DNA of 64,000 bases from Nitrospirae bacterium YQR-1 (GCA_039908095.1 JAMOBJ010000002.1:23331-87330), one strand, 5' to 3'; numbered from the stretch's first letter, positions 10,200 to 19,720 are shown. The notes: generated by a model from the sequence alone, not told the origin. A program made the numbers and translations.

Positions 10200-10209
10200 G
10201 GATTTCGGG
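10200..10209 (+). promoter_or_regulatory. GGATTTCGGG motif (copy 1), with inverted partner CCGAAATCCGAT at 10169-10180
   Basis: The exact 10-mer is shared with 54526-54535 (+) and 34784-34793 (-). Each copy lies upstream of a promoter-like sequence in the gene orientation. Confidence 0.3.
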
Positions 10210-10243
10210 TGCTATATAAAGTATAAAAAAAGCTGCTGTAATG

Positions 10244-10252
10244 TGGTATAAT
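10244..10252 (+). promoter_or_regulatory. Extended -10 element (TGgTATAAT) upstream of the isochorismatase-family gene
   Basis: TGGTATAAT at 10244-10252. No convincing -35. Confidence 0.35.
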
Positions 10253-10349
10253 AAACTTTGTACATATGGAAAGGATAGGAATTTATGTTGTACATTTTGA
10301 AAAAATTTATCTTGAGTAAATAACCGGTAATTGTGTAAATTAGCATACG

Positions 10350-10895
10350 ATGAATATATTTACGCTAAACTCAGACGACACTGCTTTACTGATTGTAGAT
10401 ATTCAGGAAAAGTTAGCTGCGGTTACAGAGGGCAGGGAGGACGTTATAATTAATACCGGCCATCTTATTGAGACGGCACGGCTTCATAATATGCCGATAA
10501 TAGTAACCGAACAGTACCCTAAGGGCATTGGGCATACTGTGAAGAAACTTAAGGATGCGCTGGAAGGGACAGAGATTTATGAAAAAATAACTTTCAGCGC
10601 CTGTGGTATAGACAATTTCTATGAAAAACTTCAAAAGAGGCCTAAGGTGTTGCTCTGTGGGATAGAGACCCACATCTGCGTCCTGCAGACTGCTCTGGAT
10701 TTATTAAACAAGGGTTATGTAGTTCATGTTGTAAGTGATTGTGTCTCATCCAGGAAGAGTTATAATAAGGAAACAGGCCTGAGTTTTATGCACGACGCCG
10801 GGGCTGTGATAACAACTGCCGAGACGGCGATTTTTCAGATATTAAAACAGGCGGCAACCGACAACTTTAAAGCCATATCAAAGAGGATAAAATAG
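10350..10895 (+). CDS. Isochorismatase-family cysteine hydrolase
   Basis: LLIVDIQEKL, IIVTEQYP, LCGIETHICVLQTALDLL motifs are typical of the isochorismatase fold. Confidence 0.8.
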   Translation: MNIFTLNSDDTALLIVDIQEKLAAVTEGREDVIINTGHLIETARLHNMPIIVTEQYPKGIGHTVKKLKDALEGTEIYEKITFSACGIDNFYEKLQKRPKVLLCGIETHICVLQTALDLLNKGYVVHVVSDCVSSRKSYNKETGLSFMHDAGAVITTAETAIFQILKQAATDNFKAISKRIK

Positions 10896-10896
10896 C

Positions 10897-11352
10897 ATGA
10901 GCAATGGGACGGTAGTGGATTTCTCAAAAGACGTGGATGGGCTGAAAAGCCGGATATTTTATGATATTTTAAATATCGTGGGGCGTGTGTTTGTAATAGT
11001 GCGGCATGCACCTGATGTTGTAATCGGGCAGCGGGGTTTTTTAGATACCGAGAAGCACAACGGATTGGTGTTGGTATTTAATCAGAGAATGGACTTTACA
11101 TGGGGAGCAAACGGCTTGATAGAGGCGGTGTTGCAGTTTGACGGCAAACCCGAGACCTGCTCAATTCCGTCAGAGCACATCCTGGCCATATACTCCCCTG
11201 AAATCCAGGTTCAGTTTGTTTCCATGTACCAAAGGGAAGATATAAACAGCCCAGTGGAAAACGGTACAGGCAAGGATGAGACGACAGCCGGGCAGCAGAG
11301 CTCTTACGATAATGTGCTTAGGGTGGATTTCACAAAGAAAAAGAAAAAATAA
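10897..11352 (+). CDS. SspB-like ClpXP adaptor (stringent starvation protein B family), tentative
   Basis: [36 protein letters not shown] aligns by eye with the SspB core (IVLNIAP..ARFGG..VSVPLAAVLAIYARE). The C-terminal VLRVDF resembles the LRVVK ClpX-binding tail. Confidence 0.5.
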   Translation: MSNGTVVDFSKDVDGLKSRIFYDILNIVGRVFVIVRHAPDVVIGQRGFLDTEKHNGLVLVFNQRMDFTWGANGLIEAVLQFDGKPETCSIPSEHILAIYSPEIQVQFVSMYQREDINSPVENGTGKDETTAGQQSSYDNVLRVDFTKKKKK

Positions 11353-11354
11353 AC

Positions 11355-13223
11355 GTGCCGCACCTTAAGTCTTACGATGTAATAGTTGTCGGGGGCGGCC
11401 ATGCCGGCACTGAGGCTGCCCTTGCTGCTGCAAAGATGGGGCTTAGTACCTGTCTTTTTACTATGAGTCTTGACACCATAGGGCAGCTCTCTTGTAATCC
11501 CGCAATTGGAGGCCTTGCCAAAGGCCATATTGTCAGAGAAATAGACGCTATAGGCGGTATAATGGCAAAGGCTGCCGATTTTTCAGGTATTCAGTTCCGT
11601 CTGCTTAACCGCTCCAAAGGGCCCGCTGTCTGGTCCTTACGGGCACAGGCCGATAGGGTACTTTACAGGGTATTCATAAAACGGGTACTTGAGGAGGCGG
11701 AAAATCTCGATATCAAACAAATCGCCGTTACGGAACTCATCAGTGACAACACTAAAAACCGTGTAACCGGAGTGGTGACAGCCCTTGGCACTCAGTACCT
11801 GAGTAAGGCTGTAATTGTAACGACCGGCACGTTTTTAAACGGTCTTATTCATATCGGATTGAGGAGTTTTTCAGCGGGAAGAGCCTGGGAGTTTCCATCA
11901 TCGGGGCTTTCTGAGTCGTTAAGCGCTCTGGGGTTGAAAATCGGCAGGCTTAAAACCGGAACGCCTCCCAGATTAGACGCCAAAACAATAAATTTTGATA
12001 AAATGGAGGCTCAGTGGGGCGATACTCCCCCTGTGCCGTTTTCCTTTTCCACGGAGGAAATCCTAAACACTCAACTGCCCTGTTACATCACCTACACAAA
12101 TGAAAAAACCCATGAAATAATACGGGATTCACTTGACCGCTCACCTCTGTATAGTGGTAAGATCAGCGGCGCCGGCCCTCGTTATTGTCCCTCCATAGAG
12201 GATAAAGTTGTGAGATTTTCACAAAGAGAGCGGCATCAGGTGTTTTTGGAGCCCGATGGGCTTAAGACCTCTGAGTACTATGCCAACGGGATTTCAACAA
12301 GCCTCCCCCTGGATGTGCAAACCGAGCTGGTGCACAGCATTGAGGGGCTTGAGGGGGCGGAGCTGATGCGCCCGGGGTATGCCGTGGAGTATGACTTTGT
12401 GTATCCGGCATGTTTAAGGCATACACTGGAGGTTAAAGATATCGGGGGGCTCTACCTTGCCGGCCAAATAAACGGCACCTCAGGGTACGAGGAGGCTGCC
12501 GCTCAGGGTCTTGTCGCAGGTATAAATGCCGCCCTGAAAATAAAAGGTAAACCGCCTATGGAACTTATGCGCCATGAGGCCTACATTGGGGTTATGATTG
12601 ATGACCTTGTAACCCTTGGCATTACCGAACCCTACCGGATGTTTACCTCACGGGCTGAGTACAGGTTGCTGCTTAGAAATGACAACGCCGAGCTGCGCTT
12701 AAAAGACAAGGGTTTTGCCTCAGGGCTAATTGATGAGACCATGTACGGGCGCTACCAAAAAAAACTGGCTTCATTCAATGCCGAGGTACTGAGGTTTAAA
12801 AGCACTCGTATTAAGCCTTCCATGATAAACGGCAAGCTTCTGGAAAGGCAACTGTCCCAGCTTAATGAACCGGCAACGCTTGAGCAGTTACTGAAGAGGC
12901 CGGGCATAGATTACACATTTCTTGAGAGCATTAGTCCGCCTGAAATTGAGCTTTCCCTTGATCTGAAACTGCTTGTGGAGGCGGAGATAAAATATGAGGG
13001 ATACATAAAGCAACAGCAGATGCTTGTTGATAAGATGCAGCGGCTTCAGTACAAACGTATCACCGATGATTTTAATTATGGGGAAATCGGCGGCCTTTCA
13101 ACTGAGTCACTTATGAAACTTACTGAGATAAGGCCGGAGACTGTCGGGCAGGCACAGAGGATTCCAGGTGTGACCCCCTCCGCAATTTCAATGATTTTAG
13201 CATACCTTGAAAAAAGAAAATAA
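11355..13223 (+). CDS. mnmG: tRNA uridine-5-carboxymethylaminomethyl modification enzyme MnmG (GidA)
   Basis: [23 protein letters not shown] motif. Full-length GidA-like sequence with a GTG start. Confidence 0.95.
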   Translation: MPHLKSYDVIVVGGGHAGTEAALAAAKMGLSTCLFTMSLDTIGQLSCNPAIGGLAKGHIVREIDAIGGIMAKAADFSGIQFRLLNRSKGPAVWSLRAQADRVLYRVFIKRVLEEAENLDIKQIAVTELISDNTKNRVTGVVTALGTQYLSKAVIVTTGTFLNGLIHIGLRSFSAGRAWEFPSSGLSESLSALGLKIGRLKTGTPPRLDAKTINFDKMEAQWGDTPPVPFSFSTEEILNTQLPCYITYTNEKTHEIIRDSLDRSPLYSGKISGAGPRYCPSIEDKVVRFSQRERHQVFLEPDGLKTSEYYANGISTSLPLDVQTELVHSIEGLEGAELMRPGYAVEYDFVYPACLRHTLEVKDIGGLYLAGQINGTSGYEEAAAQGLVAGINAALKIKGKPPMELMRHEAYIGVMIDDLVTLGITEPYRMFTSRAEYRLLLRNDNAELRLKDKGFASGLIDETMYGRYQKKLASFNAEVLRFKSTRIKPSMINGKLLERQLSQLNEPATLEQLLKRPGIDYTFLESISPPEIELSLDLKLLVEAEIKYEGYIKQQQMLVDKMQRLQYKRITDDFNYGEIGGLSTESLMKLTEIRPETVGQAQRIPGVTPSAISMILAYLEKRK

Positions 13224-13890
13224 ACCCAACCCTGAAGAGATTTTAGCCGGTGGCTTAGCCGCCCTGTCCATAGAGCCCTCAGACAGGATTATTAATTCGT
13301 TTCTGACGTATCTGCATGAGCTTAAAAAGTGGTCGGGCATTCACAACCTTACTGCTGTTAAAGATGATGCCGGTATTGTCACCACACATTTTCTTGATTC
13401 ACTGTTATACCTCAGAGGAGTTCCAGCCGGTGCAAAAACCATCCTTGATGTTGGAAGTGGAGCAGGGTTTCCCGGCATCCCAATAAAAATAGTACACCCA
13501 GGCCTTACGGCCACTCTCTTAGAGCCAAGGAAAAAACGTGCCGTATTCCTGAGACATATGATACACCTTTTGAGACTTTCCGGCACAGACGTAATTGAAA
13601 GCAGGCTGCAAGACGTTAAACTCCCTCCGCAGGACTGTATCACAGTGAGGGCTCTCTTTAGTTTCTCAGATTTTATAAAACTTGCCTTGCCGCTTCTAAA
13701 CACAGACGGCACACTTGTAATCGGTAAAGCCGCCGGCTATGAAAGTGAAATCCCTCAAAATACCGATGATTATAAGATTGACATAGTACAGTGCAAAATC
13801 CCTCATACTGATATTGAGCGATTTATTATAACAGTAAAAGGACAGCACCAAAGTACCAAGTTGCATTCATTCGTCATCCCTTCTATCTGA
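13207..13890 (+). CDS. rsmG: 16S rRNA (guanine527-N7)-methyltransferase RsmG (GidB)
   Basis: Lies directly after mnmG with a 17-nt overlap. [20 protein letters not shown] motif. The last ~12 codons run into a MITE end fragment. Confidence 0.85.
   Translation: MKKENKPNPEEILAGGLAALSIEPSDRIINSFLTYLHELKKWSGIHNLTAVKDDAGIVTTHFLDSLLYLRGVPAGAKTILDVGSGAGFPGIPIKIVHPGLTATLLEPRKKRAVFLRHMIHLLRLSGTDVIESRLQDVKLPPQDCITVRALFSFSDFIKLALPLLNTDGTLVIGKAAGYESEIPQNTDDYKIDIVQCKIPHTDIERFIITVKGQHQSTKLHSFVIPSI
13854..13873 (+). repeat. MITE-family left-end fragment inside the rsmG 3' end
   Basis: TACCAAGTTGCATTCATTCG is identical to the left terminus of the full copies. Confidence 0.6.
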
Positions 13891-14686
13891 TTACAACGCC
13901 GACATACCCTACGACTCTGTCATAGTCGCCGCTGGACTCACCAGATGTGGCATACTTGACGATTTCAGCGCCTACAGCTCCCATAGCCAGTGCCGCATAC
14001 ATCATAACTGTTGCAGGTGTTACCCCGCACATGGTTATTTCCTCTTTCTTTACAACATCATAGAGTCCCTCCGGGTCAAGGGCAAGAATTTTGTCTAAAG
14101 CTAACTTGTCTTTTTCTCTTGTAATGGAATCAGGTAAATAGTGGCTCATATCGGAGCTTGCCACAATGATAACGTTTTTGCCGGACTCTTGTATCACTTT
14201 AGCCAGCGCCGCCCCTGCCTCTTTGCATTTATCAACGGAAATATACATCATACATACAGGAACAACTTTTACAGTCTTTGAAAAATGAGCAATAAATGGT
14301 AATTGTACCTCAAGGGAGTGCTCGAAGCGGTGTGCTATAATATCATCGTTAAAAACCGGAGAGCTTTTTAAGATTGCATCCGCCAACGCTGTGTCTGTTT
14401 CAAATGAGTTTGTAGGGATTTCCCACGTGCCTTCTTTCATAACGGAAACCTTTTGGCCTAACCCGCTGTGATTTGGTCCCAGGAGCAGAAAAGTATCCGG
14501 GAATTCTATTTTAGAGTAAACAACCCCTGCAACAGAACCTGAGTACATGAAGCCGGCATGAGGGCTTATTATTCCAATGGCTTTTATTTTTTCTTTACAC
14601 TCAGTGGTTAAACTTCCGACCTCTTCTTCTAAAGCAGCAGCCCTTCCCTTATAAAACTGTCCGGCAACAACAGGCAGCCTTTTCAT
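13883..14686 (-). CDS. AmmeMemoRadiSam system protein B (MEMO1-family)
   Basis: VAGQFY.., ISPHAGFMYSG, SSDMSHY motifs of the Memo/AmmeMemoRadiSam-B family. Confidence 0.85.
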   Translation of the reverse strand: MKRLPVVAGQFYKGRAAALEEEVGSLTTECKEKIKAIGIISPHAGFMYSGSVAGVVYSKIEFPDTFLLLGPNHSGLGQKVSVMKEGTWEIPTNSFETDTALADAILKSSPVFNDDIIAHRFEHSLEVQLPFIAHFSKTVKVVPVCMMYISVDKCKEAGAALAKVIQESGKNVIIVASSDMSHYLPDSITREKDKLALDKILALDPEGLYDVVKKEEITMCGVTPATVMMYAALAMGAVGAEIVKYATSGESSGDYDRVVGYVGVVIR

Positions 14687-14713
14687 AGCACACCTCCATC
14701 TTTATTAAAGCTG

Positions 14714-16102
14714 TTAAAATACCTCATCAGTTTCCTCGTAGTAACCTTCAGCGTAATCGGCAAACTTTGTGTACTCGGAGAGGAAAGATAACGTGACTTT
14801 AATTCCTGCCGGACCGTTACGCTGTTTGGCTATGTGGAGTTCCGCCTTTCCTTTGGCCTCAGGGTTGTCACGGTTATATACCTCCTCACGGTACAGAAAA
14901 AGAATAACATCCGCATCCTGCTCAATAGCGCCGGATTCACGCAAGTCGGCAAGTGTAGGAATAGGGGGACGGCGCTGTTCAACCAGCCTGTTGAGCTGGC
15001 TGAGGGCAATAACAGGTATTTCAAGCTCCTTGGCAAGACCTTTTAAGGAGCGGGATATTTCCGATATCTCCTGTTCTCTTCTGTCAACACCGGAGCGGCC
15101 CCTCATAAGCTGAAGATAGTCAACCACCACAAGCCCCAGTCCACGCTCTTTTTTAAGTCTCCTTGCCTTGGAACGCATCTCCAGAGCACCGATATCAGAT
15201 GAATCATCTATGTATATCGGCGCTTCCGCCAGTTTACCGGCTGCCGAGGTCAGCTTTGGCCAGTCATCTTTTCTCAGATGTCCCTTTCTCACCCGGTTTG
15301 AATCCACCATCGCCTCGGCACAGAGCATTCTGACCGCCAATTGCCTTTTAGACATTTCAAGACTGAATACAGCAACCGGTTCCTTTATGTTTATCCCCAC
15401 ATGTTGGGCAATGTTTAAGCAGAAGGCTGTTTTACCCATTGAGGGGCGCCCGCCCACTATGATTAAATCTCCGGGCTGAAAACCGGTTGTCAGTTCGTCA
15501 AGGTCTTTAAAGCCGGAGGGAACTCCGGTTATAGCCTCTTTCCGGTCATAGAGGCCCTCTATCATTGTAATGCTGTCCTTTATCACCTCATTAAGAGAGG
15601 AAAAGGACGGCCTTATTCTGAACTCAGCTATTTCAAAGATAGTTTTTTCTGCAAAATCCACTAATTCGTCCGCCTCTCCTTCGTGGCCATAGACTCTGGA
15701 CATTATATCCGTTGAGGCTCTCAGGAGGTTTCTCATAAGGGCTTTTTCCCTCATAATCTTAGCATGATAGGCGATGTTTGCGGCAGTTGGAACAGAGTTG
15801 ATGAGCTGCGATAAATATGATTCACCGCCTGCCTGTTCCATTTCTTTTTTGTTTCTAAGGTAGTCTGATACCGTTACCAGATCAATAGGCTCAGCTTTAT
15901 CAATCAGGGTAATCATAGCTGAAAAGATGCGGCGGTGTTGATCTTTATAAAAATCAGCTGTTGTTATAACATCAAGGACTTTATATATAGCCTCGTTATC
16001 AAGCATGATTGCGCCCAGGACGAACATTTCCGCTTCGACGTTCTGGGGCTGTATCTTATCTGGGGCTGCTTCTACCATTTTAAACCGGTCTCCTGCACAC
16101 AC
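14714..16102 (-). CDS. dnaB: Replicative DNA helicase DnaB
   Basis: PQNVEAEMFVLGA N-terminal motif, Walker A GGRPSMGKTA, no intein. AGGAGG 16112-16117 lies 9 nt before GTG 16102. Confidence 0.95.
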   Translation of the reverse strand: MCAGDRFKMVEAAPDKIQPQNVEAEMFVLGAIMLDNEAIYKVLDVITTADFYKDQHRRIFSAMITLIDKAEPIDLVTVSDYLRNKKEMEQAGGESYLSQLINSVPTAANIAYHAKIMREKALMRNLLRASTDIMSRVYGHEGEADELVDFAEKTIFEIAEFRIRPSFSSLNEVIKDSITMIEGLYDRKEAITGVPSGFKDLDELTTGFQPGDLIIVGGRPSMGKTAFCLNIAQHVGINIKEPVAVFSLEMSKRQLAVRMLCAEAMVDSNRVRKGHLRKDDWPKLTSAAGKLAEAPIYIDDSSDIGALEMRSKARRLKKERGLGLVVVDYLQLMRGRSGVDRREQEISEISRSLKGLAKELEIPVIALSQLNRLVEQRRPPIPTLADLRESGAIEQDADVILFLYREEVYNRDNPEAKGKAELHIAKQRNGPAGIKVTLSFLSEYTKFADYAEGYYEETDEVF

Positions 16103-16176
16103 ACAAAAAAACCTCCTAATATTATATTAAGAGGCTATATATGGTATTTAAATACTTTTCCCGATTATCCGGAGTG

Positions 16177-16620
16177 TTACTCCGGCACAACTTCCACTTT
16201 TAAATCAGCATGTACCTCAGGGTGTATCCTAATCTTTACGATATGCTCACCGGTTCTTTTAATGGGGGACTCAAGTAGTATCTTCCTTTTGTCAATATTA
16301 AACCCTGAAGCTTCAAGAGCATCGGCAATGTCTTTGTTTGTAACGGAACCAAACAATTTGCCCTCCTCGCCGGCCTTGGCTGCTATATTAACCGGAGTTG
16401 CAGCAATCTTATTTGCCATGTCCTCGGCGCTGAGTTTCAGTTTTTTAACTTTTTCCGTAATTATACGTGTTTCATGCTGCAAGGCCTTCATGTTCTTGGG
16501 ATTAGCCTCAACAGCAAACTTTTTCGGTATAAGATAGTTTCTTGCATATCCGCGGGCCACATTGACAATCATGCCCATCTCCCCTACGTTGTTTACATCC
16601 TCTCTTAAAATGATCTTCAT
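16177..16620 (-). CDS. rplI: 50S ribosomal protein L9
   Basis: MKIILREDVNNVGEMG..VARGYARNYLIPKKFA. Classical rplI-dnaB adjacency. Confidence 0.95.
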   Translation of the reverse strand: MKIILREDVNNVGEMGMIVNVARGYARNYLIPKKFAVEANPKNMKALQHETRIITEKVKKLKLSAEDMANKIAATPVNIAAKAGEEGKLFGSVTNKDIADALEASGFNIDKRKILLESPIKRTGEHIVKIRIHPEVHADLKVEVVPE

Positions 16621-16755
16621 TATCTATTGTCTCCTTTTACAATTGCTGAGCTACAAGTCAAAGTACTATCGCATTGTAACATAAAAGCGGGTGTTTTTTC
16701 CAATATTTATTTTATAAATTATTTAGAAAGAAGTTATAAATATGCGGGCGGCGTT

Positions 16756-16774
16756 ATACCAAGCAGCTTGGTAT
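16756..16774. repeat. 19-nt perfect palindrome made of the two MITE termini fused (ATACCAAGC A GCTTGGTAT)
   Basis: Read directly from the sequence. It equals the left and right MITE ends with no internal sequence. Confidence 0.6.
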
Positions 16775-16823
16775 AATGTCCGCTATAGAACTTTTTCATA
16801 TATTCTTTGTCAAAAACCCCCTC

Positions 16824-18068
16824 TTATACTATCATGGCGATTAACATCAAAATTGTAAGTGAAATTATCAGAATAATTGTTATCCATGTTATGATATTAT
16901 ATCCTGTGGGATTTATATACTCCCCCATCAGAGTTTTCTTATTAATAAGCGTAACGGCATAAACCAGCACAAATGGCAGGAGTAAGCCGTTAACAAAAGA
17001 GGAAAGCACCATGAGTAAAACAAGTGGTGCGTGTGGTATGATGACAAAAAAAGCGGCAAGAAAAATCGTGACGGAATAAATCCAGATAAATTGTGGAGCC
17101 TGGGAGTATCTCTTGCTGACACCGGTTTCCCAGCCCATTGCCTCGCATATGTAGTAGGCTGTGGCAAGGGGCACGATTATAGCACCCAAAAGGGAAGCGC
17201 TTCCCAGGCTGAGAGCAAAAATACCGGAGGCGTAGTGGCCGGAGAGCGGCTTAAGTGCAAGGGCAGCCTCAGAGGCGTCGTTGATTACAATCCCTGCCGG
17301 AAACAACACCGCTCCACATGTCACCACTATAAAGAAAGATATTAAATCGGTTACTATGCTTCCCACAAATATTTCAAGTTTTGACATCGGGAAGTTTTCC
17401 TTTTTTACTCCCTTTTCCACTATTGAAGACTGGAGATAAAACTGCATCCACGGAGTTATCGTAGTGCCGATAATTGCAATTGAAAGCATTATGTATTGTG
17501 GATCAAGGGGATGAGTTATATTTTTTATGGTCTGCGGCGGTGGAAAAACAACGGCTTTAAAGACATCGCCCCACTGAGGTCTGGCAAGCACGGCGGAGAT
17601 TATATATCCGGCGTACATGATACAGACAAGAAGGAGGATTTTTTCCACGGAACTATAAGTCCCCCTGGTTACTATCAACCAGATTGCAAAAGCCCCTGCC
17701 GGTACCATAACATATTTTGTAAGGCCCATAACCTCCATGCTTGCCGCAAAACCTGCAAAATTAGCAACCGTTGTACCAAGGTTGGCAACAAAGAGGCCAA
17801 CCATCAGAAAAACAGCGGTCTTTACACCATAGTGTTCTCTGATTAAATCCGAAAGCCCCTTACCGGTTACCACCCCCAGGCGCGCAATCATCTCCTGCAC
17901 CACCACCAAAGATACTGTTATAGGTATTATTGTCCACAACAGGCCGTAACCGTATCTGGCGCCGGCCACGGAAAACGTGGTAACACCGCCGGCATCGTTA
18001 TCAATCATCGCCGTGATTAATCCCGGCCCTATGACGGCAAGATACGTTTTCAGACGTTTTAAGGACAT
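16824..18068 (-). CDS. NRAMP-related divalent cation transporter with non-canonical metal site
   Basis: About 11 TM segments. The TM1 motif reads IDNDAGGVTT where canonical NRAMP has DPGN. TM6 reads GTTITPWMQFYLQS where canonical has GATVMPHxxYLHS. Confidence 0.85.
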   Translation of the reverse strand: MSLKRLKTYLAVIGPGLITAMIDNDAGGVTTFSVAGARYGYGLLWTIIPITVSLVVVQEMIARLGVVTGKGLSDLIREHYGVKTAVFLMVGLFVANLGTTVANFAGFAASMEVMGLTKYVMVPAGAFAIWLIVTRGTYSSVEKILLLVCIMYAGYIISAVLARPQWGDVFKAVVFPPPQTIKNITHPLDPQYIMLSIAIIGTTITPWMQFYLQSSIVEKGVKKENFPMSKLEIFVGSIVTDLISFFIVVTCGAVLFPAGIVINDASEAALALKPLSGHYASGIFALSLGSASLLGAIIVPLATAYYICEAMGWETGVSKRYSQAPQFIWIYSVTIFLAAFFVIIPHAPLVLLMVLSSFVNGLLLPFVLVYAVTLINKKTLMGEYINPTGYNIITWITIILIISLTILMLIAMIV

Positions 18069-18071
18069 TGT

Positions 18072-19361
18072 TTAAATCTTTTTCCTCTTCTTTCTTGCAC
18101 TGGGCGGTAAAATCCAGTCTATGATGTCATCGGCGGTTACAATCCCAAGGATTATGCCCTCATCATCAACAACCGGTATTGCCACAAGGTTATACTTTGA
18201 AATCATAGCCGCCACAGTGTCCTCGTCATCGTCCGGTTTAAGGCACTTAATGTTAGTATTCATGCAGTCTGAAAGTTTTAGTTCAGGGTCTGAAAGAAGA
18301 AGCTCTTTAAGCGATATTACACCAAGAAGTTTATCTTCCACCTCATCATCAACAACATAGACGTAGTAGATGGTTTCCACGTCTTTTGCGTCAACCTTAA
18401 AGCTTTGAATGACCTCTATGACCTTGGTATCAGGAGAGTATGACAGGAACTCAGTGGTCATGAGACCACCTGCGGTATCCTCTGCGTGCCCCAGCAGCTC
18501 CCTGATGTTTTCGGCATCATCCCTTTGCAGGGTGTCGAGAATCTCACCGATTTTACTTTTGTGCAGGTCGCTTAGGGTATCAACGGCGTCATCGGGAGAC
18601 ATTTCCTCGATAATCATGGCAATCTTCTTAGTATCCATGCTTGCAATGATATCAGCTTGGGTTTCAGGTTCAAGTTCTGGGAGTGTCTCGGCTGCGGATT
18701 CCACATCCAGATTACTAAAGAAGTTTGCTCCCTCCTCCCTTGACAGAGAGCTTATGATTTCAGCCAAATCAGCAGGATGCATTTTGGAAAGCATCTGCTG
18801 TGTAAGCGTAAGCGATATGGACTTAAGCCTTGGGTTTATCGTTTGAAGGTAATTCCACCCTATAAGATTATATGGGATGGAAGCTTTAAAAAACTTGAGG
18901 AGTTCCTCACCTTTTTTCTCTAATCCCAGCCGCCGTAATATTCCCCTTATACCCACGTCAATGGCAAACAACACTGCGTGGCTTTGATAACCGCCTATTT
19001 TTATATCGTTAACCCTGACCACTTTTGCTCCGTTAATATCCACCACCTGCTTATCCAGCACATCACGTACGGCAAGGAGGTCATCCTCTGCAAAGTCATA
19101 CCCTTGAAGCTGCTCACGGTTTAAAGTGCTTGTGATAATTCTCTTGTTAAAAATGCTGAGGCTGCTGAAATCAACCCTGTAAAACTTCTTGCGTTTGTCA
19201 GATATGTCCCGTGTTCCTTCTACAATAAGAGCATCCAGCAGTGGAAGTGTTGTTCCCCTTATGACCACCATATCGTGCAGCCTGCCAAGTTCCTCACCCT
19301 TATGGTCATAAACAGTTTTCTTAAGTACCTCACTAATAAATAATTCGCCTATCAGAGGCAT
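18072..19361 (-). CDS. Soluble PRC-barrel / MgtE-N / tandem-CBS protein (MgtE cytosolic module without the membrane domain)
   Basis: The N-terminus is PRC-barrel-like. HPADLAEIISSL..AETLPELEP..IIEEMSPDDAVDTLSDL is MgtE_N-like. The CBS pair ends in VVDDEGIILGIVTADDIID. No TM segments. The stop is 3 nt from the NRAMP start. Confidence 0.8.
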   Translation of the reverse strand: MPLIGELFISEVLKKTVYDHKGEELGRLHDMVVIRGTTLPLLDALIVEGTRDISDKRKKFYRVDFSSLSIFNKRIITSTLNREQLQGYDFAEDDLLAVRDVLDKQVVDINGAKVVRVNDIKIGGYQSHAVLFAIDVGIRGILRRLGLEKKGEELLKFFKASIPYNLIGWNYLQTINPRLKSISLTLTQQMLSKMHPADLAEIISSLSREEGANFFSNLDVESAAETLPELEPETQADIIASMDTKKIAMIIEEMSPDDAVDTLSDLHKSKIGEILDTLQRDDAENIRELLGHAEDTAGGLMTTEFLSYSPDTKVIEVIQSFKVDAKDVETIYYVYVVDDEVEDKLLGVISLKELLLSDPELKLSDCMNTNIKCLKPDDDEDTVAAMISKYNLVAIPVVDDEGIILGIVTADDIIDWILPPSARKKRKKI

Positions 19362-19455
19362 TTTCCCACCTCAAAAGATTTTTTTTACAGCAAAATCTGT
19401 AATCAACCGTTAATAATACCACAGCACGGAGTTAATTTGGTTTTTTATCAGATTG

Positions 19456-19649
19456 ATACCGAGTTGCGTTCATAGATGTAATCAAAAAAATATCTGTTGT
19501 GTTTAATGTTACTAATTAAAACTGGATTCCCGTTTTCACGGGAATGACAAAAAAACAGACCGATACCCCCTCTGTCATAGCCGCCTACAAGCGGCAATCC
19601 AGTCTTTTCTTTTTATCATTATATTGCTTTTTTGACTGCTACTTGGTAT
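19456..19649 (+). mobile_element. MITE-family long variant (194 bp) carrying a REP-like palindrome
   Basis: Diverged left end ATACCGAGTTGCGTTCAT; right end TTTTGACTGCTACTTGGTAT. The interior contains GGATTCCCGTTTTCACGGGAATGAC (19524-19548). Confidence 0.65.
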
Positions 19650-19674
19650 TAGACGATTGACTGCAGCTTGGTAT
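19650..19674 (-). repeat. Inverted MITE left-end fragment abutting the previous copy
   Basis: TAGACGATTGACTGCAGCTTGGTAT is the reverse complement of an ATACCAAGCTGCAGTCAATCGTCTA variant left end. The same arrangement occurs at 39590-39614. Confidence 0.55.
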
Positions 19675-19720
19675 CAGAAATATCAGGGGGAATGAGGATG
19701 AAATTTAAGGCTTCTAAAAA

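Noticed and set aside
13207-13223. The 17-nt mnmG/rsmG overlap and the 8-nt rsmG/Memo and HK/uvrA overlaps as frameshift or fusion signals.
   Set aside because: Short overlaps are ordinary in compact operons and convergent gene ends. No slippery sequence is present.
13883-14686. The AmmeMemoRadiSam B protein together with the radical SAM gene at 49427 as a split AmmeMemoRadiSam system.
   Set aside because: The radical SAM protein carries the TIGR01212/YhcC-type signature rather than the AmmeMemoRadiSam-associated enzyme. It is 35 kb away, and no AMMECR1 gene is in the window.
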